A stretch of 54,596 nt of DNA from IMG/VR virus record IMGVR_UViG_3300017719_000011, positions 1 to 54,596 of that record; one strand, written 5' to 3'. Below the pieces are notes generated by a model. The model was not told where the DNA came from, ran no database searches, and saw only the letters and a program-made list of their open reading frames with translations. Positions within the stretch are counted from its first letter, which is position 1, and the number at the start of each line of letters is the position of its first letter. The translations under genes and the position numbers were made by a program. The stretch comes from a virus (Duplodnaviria > Caudoviricetes). Below, piece by piece: positions 21,401-29,500 of the stretch.

Positions 21401-22845
21401 TTGTTGATGAAGCAGGTTTAACTCAGGAAGCTATTTCAGAATATGAATTTGACTTCACTAAAGTAACGATGCTTAAAATTGAATTCTCGTGGTATGGTGC
21501 GGTAGGTGCATTGTTCCTTGCATATGTTCCAATCGGTAACGGTGAAGCACGATGGGTACGAGTACATCACCTAAGAGCATCGAATCAGTTGAAGATTGCA
21601 TCTCTTGGTAACGCAACATTGCCGATCACATACAATGTATTCGGTGGCGGCAGTCCTTTACAATTAGGTGATGGTGAAAATGCACAGCAAAACTATTCAT
21701 CAACAAGTCATAACATTGTTAAGTACGGTGCTTCGTATTACATCGATGGTGGTGACCGTGGTACTGTTCGTCTATACAGTCATAACAATAATGATGTTAT
21801 TCCTGGATATGGTAAACAGTGGGAAGTGTTAGACATTACCGGCAGTCAAGCTACAGGAACTACTACCCCAAGAGGATATGAAATTTCTTTGACAGGCATA
21901 AATACTATTCACGGTGGCGCAATAAACATACCTAATGATAAAGTATATTTCATGGGCGCTGAAGTGAAGACGTCTAACCCATCAGATACAGGCATTAAGG
22001 TTGTGTGGGTTGAAGGTGATGTGATTACTTTAAGTAAGCAACCTACTGGTAACGGATTGATCTTGATTCCTGATCGTGCAAACCTTGTTTACGGTCTTGA
22101 AACTAAAGACGTAATTTACAGCACAGTCCAACAAAACCCTGTAAGAAATAGAGTACAGGTTTATCCTACTAAGTTGTCAACAGCAAACTTACAGGATAAT
22201 CCTGTGCGATTGCGAATGAAAAGGACACCATTGTTCCAAACTAATGTTGTGCCTTCAGGCGGCCCATTGACACTTAATGGTGATTATATAGTTTCTCCTA
22301 CAAATGATCCAATATCAATTGACGCTGGAGATGCCGGGTACTTAGCAAATGGCGAATCTCTTTATGGGTGGTTCAAAGGATTGATAGGTGAAGTTGAACC
22401 TGCTCCGATATTCGGAAGATTGTATAAAGCGTCTGGTCAATACTACTTTGAAATACTAGAAACATATAATGAATCTGTGACATTAATAGATAACTGTAAC
22501 TTCTTGCCTGATGCAAGATTCTTTTATCAATCAGATAGCAATGTTTCGACTACGTCAAATGAAACAGCGCAGTTGCAACCATTAGCGGATACGCTAACAT
22601 CTATTAATGTTGTTGCGAATACGGTTGTTCCGATACCTAACACAGGAACAAATATTGCAACCTTGTATATGACAGGCGGAACAGAGCAAGTAGATCTTAA
22701 TACATACTTTGATTACAACAAAGAATATTTGTCTTACCCATTAACAGATGAAGCAGAAACACTATATTTTGCAATCGACTCGGATCAAAAGATTCAAGAA
22801 GATGAAAATGAAATAGCAATAGGATTGACATGGGAAGAACAATAG
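18481..22845 (+). CDS. Large virion structural protein (FRYQPGR family, paralog 1) with two KCxRD helical domains
   Basis: 1454 aa. Motifs SKRFFRYQPGRVS, KIEFSWYGAVGA, GNGEARWVRVH, KYGASYYIDGGD are shared with the next gene. KCHRD at 19336 and KCARD at 20101. A structural role is inferred from context. Confidence 0.6.
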   Translation: MSSLTNINNNTRVVNVGRTTPVAPGQQPSSKSIPVVLASDQTAIPVEEQNKVQSEVSLSLLGIPRAEVALGIFADVNTYDVNPSEWSSSPQYYNTGHGIKHLPNEAGALVEAPRDQFAVLTSKRFFRYQPGRVSAATFGIKSSVSTADFALNPVIRKYGIFDNFDGYYWETKQSGQGDNFTCVRRTQSMLKFPTSPFGLPSELMRKPSGVQQDTPVPYEQTDDYRAVGKEGIELKGKYFVRERQILADYGATVGENAWDAAIANNGALDTYYQTLSGDAAYDFKDKCHRDVTFMFKMIMMDLEWGSNAHTRLNTKNYYTGLFPAYPGGNDPAELEIELHLEALNILTSVAGLPAGSGTAVEKIGTLYDVFLKNNADLDAAVGSDDGFFVRIAKEQPATGGTESRTGATRVFQNEGYKLFTGSGTGMSFGDKKVIDTLFDARKHYWSYFVSSFKPTFANINSISAEASIYSTGIKQTYTFRGAANYLPTNTDGSPAYNEQLIGQELSGADYPFAPGDNVGAVSLTEIDAVALNEFYRNIKYKCARDLEYIITGYKNDIAGGGNAETIYNASMYYKASGLSIFTQTDAGTPSDTTIPREIEKHKHLRKMIHDDLSEATAAIDFGNQSAARERLEELSTIIVDNFTTETTEGANLGNRGFAGNIIAFRDGLLMVHAAVNDPNLMKERKKILATYKVARTDSQPTVFKLAEGGVTFGQKVRVTTPTAETEISTSTSAYKSSDGTIINQNEATVPSDAKLKAHPYDAIYTVSRVYGPTGSEFSLQDQDGVDVYAHRDNTDGTDGSGSTDPVNTLNTEEVRIETVVPFIGDNIYSSAVYRDATTRPEGTVQNISGQSVQTPFTEGSDTFPIGMQWPLKYSSTGDINDGVANFIGHIDTSLSPKDSNQIETIRKQYDTIIFNPEYINWIKNNVKPEFWGVYEYRVPRSRFSHDKLDGKVSRRVYSDLATGPSGIVRPGMDVVDEAGLTQEAISEYEFDFTKVTMLKIEFSWYGAVGALFLAYVPIGNGEARWVRVHHLRASNQLKIASLGNATLPITYNVFGGGSPLQLGDGENAQQNYSSTSHNIVKYGASYYIDGGDRGTVRLYSHNNNDVIPGYGKQWEVLDITGSQATGTTTPRGYEISLTGINTIHGGAINIPNDKVYFMGAEVKTSNPSDTGIKVVWVEGDVITLSKQPTGNGLILIPDRANLVYGLETKDVIYSTVQQNPVRNRVQVYPTKLSTANLQDNPVRLRMKRTPLFQTNVVPSGGPLTLNGDYIVSPTNDPISIDAGDAGYLANGESLYGWFKGLIGEVEPAPIFGRLYKASGQYYFEILETYNESVTLIDNCNFLPDARFFYQSDSNVSTTSNETAQLQPLADTLTSINVVANTVVPIPNTGTNIATLYMTGGTEQVDLNTYFDYNKEYLSYPLTDEAETLYFAIDSDQKIQEDENEIAIGLTWEEQ

Positions 22846-25800
22846 ATGCCAAGACAGGTAAAAATAGGATTTGATAAGACTCCGTCACCGTTAGTCAAAC
22901 AATTTCCGCAATTAGTAGATATTAGAGGCACCCCTCTTTTTGACACAGCAGGTAATCCGCTTGTGACAGAAGATGGGGCGTCTTTAGCGAGTTTTAATAA
23001 TTCAGAAAATTCATTATCAAGTTTTGTTGCGAACAAAGGTCGTAACGAATTTGTTGCAGTTGAAGAACAATTTCCTAACGAATCCGAAGTAAGTTCTACG
23101 TTACTGGGTGTACCTCGTGCTGAAGAACAATTAAGTTTGTTTTCTGATGTTTCGACATATGGATTAGACAGATCAAACTGGAATTATTACACAGTAAGTT
23201 CAGCCGGTACGCCTTCAACTTGGTATAATAGAAAGCATCCGACTTTCGGAAATCGTGGGCCTGCACGATTCTATGAGTCAACTGACGAGCAGGCACTGTA
23301 TTTAAAATCCTTCCCAACGCAATATACGTATCCTGGTCACCCTAGATCATCATTATTGAATGCACCCGACTATACATCAGGTGGCCCTGCTGGTTATTTC
23401 GGCAAATATCTAAAATTTCTTGCTCTCGGCAGATGGCTGTTTGAAGTATGGAAAGATATTGATTTAAGATTTGCAGAACGAAATTTTATCTCTGATTGTA
23501 TAACATTTATTGATAGTAATCGTGATCCTATACCATTCTACGGACCTGATGGCGGTCCTAATGATGAACCTAATGTATGGAATGCGAATACGGGCACTTT
23601 CAAAACTCAAAGTCAATGGCGTACAGTTATCTACACTTCTGATGAAAACCCTATTCAGGCGAGTCGTAAACATGAAGAAATTGCAATGGCGCAAATTGAA
23701 AATTGGTCATTATTCTATTTAAGAATTAGAAATGATACCGATTCGTATCCGATTTATAAGTACAAAGGATACATGTACGAGTTTAAAACTGAAACCGATC
23801 TAATAGATCCTATTCCTGGAGTGGGACCGTACAGTTTGATGCCAGCATTTTGTGATCAAGATAATAGTAGACCTGGGGGATCAACAAACAACGGAACTAC
23901 AGGTATACTCGAAAGCAGAAAATCTTTTAGATATCAACCTGGTCGAGTTTCAGGTTTCACATTTGGATTGCGATTAAAAAATAATCTTTCATCTAATGCT
24001 GATAAGATTGAATGGGGTGCCGCAAACCAAACTGACCAATACATGTTCCAGGTATCAGGTACAAAGTTTAATATCGTTAGAAGGTCAACATTGGAAATTC
24101 CTGTTGAAGTTCTTGAAGATCCTGCAGGTATGGATTTAACTGAGCAAGATCAAACAGGACCTGAAATTCCTCCTAGTTTGGATGCATCCCAACCAATGTA
24201 CACATTGACAATTCCTCGTGATAAATGGAATGGCGATCCTTTAGATGGTTCAGGTCCTTCAGGTCATATTATAAAACCTGAAAACGTAACCATGTATAAA
24301 ATTGAATATTCTTGGTATGGTGCGATTGGTGCTAAGTTTTATGCATATATTCCTTTAGGCAACGGTGAATGCAGATGGGTAAGAATGCACACTCTTATTC
24401 TTGAAAATAAACTTGCTGCTCCCGTGTTGGCAAATGCTGATTTCAAATTTAGATATGTACTAAACAATGCAGTTACATCAAACCTGACTGAACCAACATA
24501 CATTTACAAATACGGATCATCGTATTATATTGACGGAGGAGATGAAGGTACTGTTACCATTAATAGTGCAACATCGCCAACAAAATTATTTTCTAGTGCT
24601 GCAATTAAAGGTGCAGTATTAGGTATTCATCCCAAAAAGAAACTTTTTAATTCGTTCGGAATAAGCAATAGTGATTCAGCAGGAGCAGATGCATCATATG
24701 ATGGGATTGACAATAATAAGAAATTATATCCCGTAACACTTAACGTACATTCAGACAATGACATTAAGGTTAATATACAAGAGATCACTGTATCGCCTGA
24801 TGGTCATCATGGTTCGAGGTCAGTTGATTTATCGTGCGGCAGTTTATATTCTAATGACTCATTTGCGAAAGATATTACTTTTAATATTATCGAAGGTAAG
24901 TCAAAAATTAGTATAACTGATGATTCGACTAATACACTAAGTTATTTGGATGTCGGCGCAAAGGTTATAGGAGATGGATTGTTTAATGTTTATACAAAGA
25001 CAATTAATTCGGGAACTCAAGAAAGCGAAATCGGAAGAAAAACACGGTATGAATTTTCAGATCAAGAGTTGAATGATTATATCAAAAAAGATGGTACACT
25101 TATTGATTTTTCTAATGAGGCTACGGCATCACAAGTAGTATTTTCTACTAAACTAGATTCGTTCAGAAATATTGTCGCATCTGATGTTCCTATATCAGCA
25201 AACACGTTTAAAGTGCACTTCCTAAACCCAAATTCTTATAGCGGCGGATATTTTAGAGATTTCTGTATAGGTGTGACCCCGGATGTGCCGTCTGAGATGT
25301 CTGATGAAAACGGATCGTTCTTAAATTTTGGTCCTGCAGGTGCAGACGGGCTTAGAGTTTATCCTACAGATGAACCATCAGATCCTACTGGCGTATTCCA
25401 AATAAGAAATACTCTTCACGAAGAGTGGACAAATCATAGCCATATTTTAGATTTAGCAGACGGTGCTGATGTAGCTGAATCTTTTGTGCGTGGGCCTGAT
25501 AGATTTGAACAAGATGAGAGAGTAAGAGGCGCTGATTTGCCCTTTGCATACCAAATTTCACCTGGGCGGTATGCAACTAAAGGCGTTTTAAGCAGTGTTC
25601 TGTTCAAAGTTCGAACTACAGGTTACAGTATAGAATCAATTGATCAACTGAACATTCCTGCTGATTTTGCTGCTGATTCATATAGAGTAGTATTTACAAA
25701 CGGGTCGCAAAACTTTCCTCCGATTGAAGATAAGACAATTCGTGTCGCAGAGGTTGGGGTTGGTGACGTATCTACAGGATATGTATATGCATCTAAACCC

Positions 25801-26529
25801 ACACAAATTTTACTTGACCCGGCCGATACAGAAAGTTCAAGACATGTTGTTTATATTGAACCGCCTGAAGGTTTAACCGATTCACAGTTACAAGCACGAA
25901 CAACTCAGTTGTTGTCAATACAATCAGGTGGAGAGATACAAGGTAAAGTTGTATCAATGGAATCCGATAATGTATTGTATAACCCGGACAATCCGGACAA
26001 TGGTAGACAAAGTGTCTCAAGATTTTTGCGACAAGACGTATTCCAATTTAATGTACAACCATTATATCTGTTCTTTGGCATGATGCATGGAAGTCGAATA
26101 AATAATATTATTGTTGAAGAAATCACTGAGAAAGGCAGATCGACACATGTGCCAAATTTCTTAGGGCATAATTTATCGCCAGGATTTGCTGATAAATCTA
26201 ATGTGACTTTAGTGTCTGATTTAAATGTTTCATCGTCAAATGCTCCTAGCAACTTTCAGAGCGAAGACAGATTATCTAGTGCAAATTATGATACTTCAAC
26301 AACGAATCCTGTCAGTACATTAGGTGAAACACTATTTTCATTTTATGTTGGCGAAAATGAATCTGTTAAGTTTGATTTAGATAATATTTTTGGCGCAGAC
26401 AGAAAATTCTTGACTCCAGGATTGTACAACAATAAAGCGATTTACTTTACAGTTGAACCTCTAGAGGGATTAGATGGCAACAACGAAAATGCTAATGTGC
26501 AAATGACTGTTACAACTAAGGAACAATAA
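22846..26529 (+). CDS. Large virion structural protein (FRYQPGR family, paralog 2)
   Basis: 1227 aa. ATG immediately follows the upstream TAG. Motifs SRKSFRYQPGRVS, KIEYSWYGAIGA, GNGECRWVRMH, KYGSSYYIDGGD. Confidence 0.6.
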   Translation: MPRQVKIGFDKTPSPLVKQFPQLVDIRGTPLFDTAGNPLVTEDGASLASFNNSENSLSSFVANKGRNEFVAVEEQFPNESEVSSTLLGVPRAEEQLSLFSDVSTYGLDRSNWNYYTVSSAGTPSTWYNRKHPTFGNRGPARFYESTDEQALYLKSFPTQYTYPGHPRSSLLNAPDYTSGGPAGYFGKYLKFLALGRWLFEVWKDIDLRFAERNFISDCITFIDSNRDPIPFYGPDGGPNDEPNVWNANTGTFKTQSQWRTVIYTSDENPIQASRKHEEIAMAQIENWSLFYLRIRNDTDSYPIYKYKGYMYEFKTETDLIDPIPGVGPYSLMPAFCDQDNSRPGGSTNNGTTGILESRKSFRYQPGRVSGFTFGLRLKNNLSSNADKIEWGAANQTDQYMFQVSGTKFNIVRRSTLEIPVEVLEDPAGMDLTEQDQTGPEIPPSLDASQPMYTLTIPRDKWNGDPLDGSGPSGHIIKPENVTMYKIEYSWYGAIGAKFYAYIPLGNGECRWVRMHTLILENKLAAPVLANADFKFRYVLNNAVTSNLTEPTYIYKYGSSYYIDGGDEGTVTINSATSPTKLFSSAAIKGAVLGIHPKKKLFNSFGISNSDSAGADASYDGIDNNKKLYPVTLNVHSDNDIKVNIQEITVSPDGHHGSRSVDLSCGSLYSNDSFAKDITFNIIEGKSKISITDDSTNTLSYLDVGAKVIGDGLFNVYTKTINSGTQESEIGRKTRYEFSDQELNDYIKKDGTLIDFSNEATASQVVFSTKLDSFRNIVASDVPISANTFKVHFLNPNSYSGGYFRDFCIGVTPDVPSEMSDENGSFLNFGPAGADGLRVYPTDEPSDPTGVFQIRNTLHEEWTNHSHILDLADGADVAESFVRGPDRFEQDERVRGADLPFAYQISPGRYATKGVLSSVLFKVRTTGYSIESIDQLNIPADFAADSYRVVFTNGSQNFPPIEDKTIRVAEVGVGDVSTGYVYASKPTQILLDPADTESSRHVVYIEPPEGLTDSQLQARTTQLLSIQSGGEIQGKVVSMESDNVLYNPDNPDNGRQSVSRFLRQDVFQFNVQPLYLFFGMMHGSRINNIIVEEITEKGRSTHVPNFLGHNLSPGFADKSNVTLVSDLNVSSSNAPSNFQSEDRLSSANYDTSTTNPVSTLGETLFSFYVGENESVKFDLDNIFGADRKFLTPGLYNNKAIYFTVEPLEGLDGNNENANVQMTVTTKEQ

Positions 26530-29500
26530 TGGCAATCTTTACAGGTCTTAATTTAGGATTTTATTTAGGTGATGTTAATAACCTAAAGGATTCGCTGTCC
26601 AACCTCGGTTTAGAGTATGATGACTTAGACAGAATTCGTGGGTTAAGTAACCTTATCACTAGAAGACAGCTTCATCTACTTTCAAATCTGGATCGTGATT
26701 ATGAAAAGGCTCACTACAGCAATAGAGTTTGTGCTGAATTTATAAATGGGTATTTGACAGAAATACCCGATGCATCAGAAGGATTATTATCAAACTTGCG
26801 ACTTGATCATCAACTTCGTGCAAGTATGATCAAATATAATTATCTAACGTATAATGCAACAGCAAACGAAGATCAAATAAAAAGCGCCGACATTTCTACG
26901 AGTCGTATTTCATCATGGTCACAAGTTGTAAATCCTGGTCCTGTATTTTATGGCGCTGACGTAAAGATTAACCCATCAAATGCTGCTGGGACATCATATG
27001 GCGATAGTGCCAAGAGTGTTGTTAAAGCGGATACAATAACTTTATTGGGCGGAGTTACTCCCAGAAGATTTGATGCTGAGGTTGCGACTCACGAAGTTGA
27101 AGTCAAAGTCAATGGAGTAACTAGAAAATTATTTGCTATGCGTAACATACCATTGTCGTTTGATGGCAATTTCGCATCTGCATCTTTTAAATACAAAATA
27201 AATCCAAAGAATCCTGTGATTCGACCCGCTGTAGTGTTTGTTGATACTGATCAACGAGATCCTACGGACGAGGGCATAGCTTATTTCGGGTCAGGAACAA
27301 CTAGCTCATTGCAAACAGCATCACACAGCAGTAAAGCAAGTAGTAAGCGAACCGATCTTTATTATCCACCAAATGACATATTCGAATTACAAATAGCACC
27401 TACAGGACTTTCAAAATTTCCAAGTGCTGTTTTGAATAAGTTAAGGGCAGTCACATTTACAAGTAATATTGTTCCCGAGATGCCAGATTTTTTTGCTATG
27501 AATGGGGGCAATGAGGGTAACACATTAAGTTTAAAAACAGTTGATGCATCAGGCAATCAGTTTAAATCAACTTCTTCTAGACCTAAACCCAATGCAAAAA
27601 GACAAGTTCTAAGATTGCCTTATACTATAGAAACATTAAATATAAACGCATGTTTCCAAGATAGCTCACAAATGGATTTGAGCAAACTTAAAGATTCTGT
27701 TGTCGTTAGGTTTAACACTCCTTATGTGTCAGGCGGTAATTTAATAACTAATCAAGATAGTTCGGGGAACGCAACTCCTCACGGATTCGTTGATAATGAA
27801 TTAGTATTATATGAAGGTTCATCATTTTCGGGTTTAACTGACGGACAAAAATATTACGTTCGACTCAATGATGCAAACAGTTTCCGCATTTCAGAATCTT
27901 CAGGTGGTGGCGCAATATCACTTAGTTCATCGAACAATGAGTTCAATTTTATAACAAAACTTCGTGATTCAAATCTAAAAGTATTCAATCAGAGTGTTTA
28001 CCAAGGAAATTTGGGCAATAGGATGACTGCAAATGGGGCAAGTCCTATAGTTAATCCGGAAAAGATTGAAACATATAACATCTATGATCAAAATTATACC
28101 TCATTGCATTCGAGCGTTCAAACATCTAAAACTATACAGAATGTGACTATAAACTCTAGCAATGTGGGAGGAACAATAACACTTCCTAATGAAGATGCCA
28201 ATGGTGTTGTGGGTAATCATCCTATTAAAAAATGGAATGCAAGCGCTAGCCCATCAAAGATAGTTAATATGTCAGGAAAGAAATTCTTGAAAGAGTATTA
28301 TCATACTGATAGTGGAAGCGCTAATCCAAGTGGCGGAATTGAAGGGTATTTTTCAGGATGCTTGTCATTAGAATCATTACACCTCGAATCAACTAATGTT
28401 ACAGGAAGGATTAATGTTGTTATTGCAGGACTACCTTCTCTCAAATCAGCTAGATTGAAATCAACTAGGTTCTCTGGGCGCATGTCAGAAAGCACGTTTG
28501 CAGGAACCACTGCGCTTACAGTGTTTGAGTATAGTGGCGGCGATGCTAATTTTACTGATAGCGGCGGCACAACACTTCAATTAGACTCTGAAAATAACTT
28601 CTTTGACAACAATTTTGAAATTGAAGAAAACGAAATTGATGAGTCCACTCTAAACATAGGCGATGCATTTTACGGTGGGTTTTATGCAGGAAAAATGATT
28701 GATACGCAGGTCGTTCCTAACAAAGAATATTTCTTAATTGTTGCAGATAAAAGTCAAGAGCAGTTGATGGCACGATATTCTGTTATGAATGATCATGATG
28801 GGTCAAGAACAGTAAATACTATGACAGGAAACGGCTGGGTTAATACAGAAAGTGAAATAGTCGGAGGTTCTAGTTATTCTGCCGCAAACTTTACTGACAG
28901 TTTAAATACTGGCGGGTTTAATGATTGGTATTTGCCGGCAAGAGACGAACTTGAGCAGATGTATCGTCTTTTAAAGCCTTCAAGCGAGAATAATGATACC
29001 GGACACCCTGTTCCAAATATTAATTCATCACCCACATTCAATGCTTCATATTCATCAACTAATCCTAGTAGAACATCTGCGGCTGCTTTCACATCTGGAA
29101 ATGCTCAGGCATTTGATGATTCATCATCGACACAACATTTAGGTGGCGGAACATGGACACCCATAGATGTTCCTGCCAGCAATGTTACCGATACTGGTGC
29201 AACGGTGTCTGTTACACAAGATTCTGATGGCGCCGCTGGGGTATCAAAAACTGTAACCTTGCAACCCGGCGTTTACGATTTTTCTGTCGCTGTATCCACT
29301 AATCAATTAGTCGTGCCATCAGGAAGTTTTGCAGTAGGACAAGATTACAAAATTACCAATGTAGGCACATCGCCATCTACATTGTCTAATGTAGCATATT
29401 CTGCAGTTAACTTTACAGGTAACTACATCACTAAAGGCAGTCATGGTTATTTGACGGGTCAAGCAGTAGATTTTTCATACGACTCAGGCGGCAATACACT

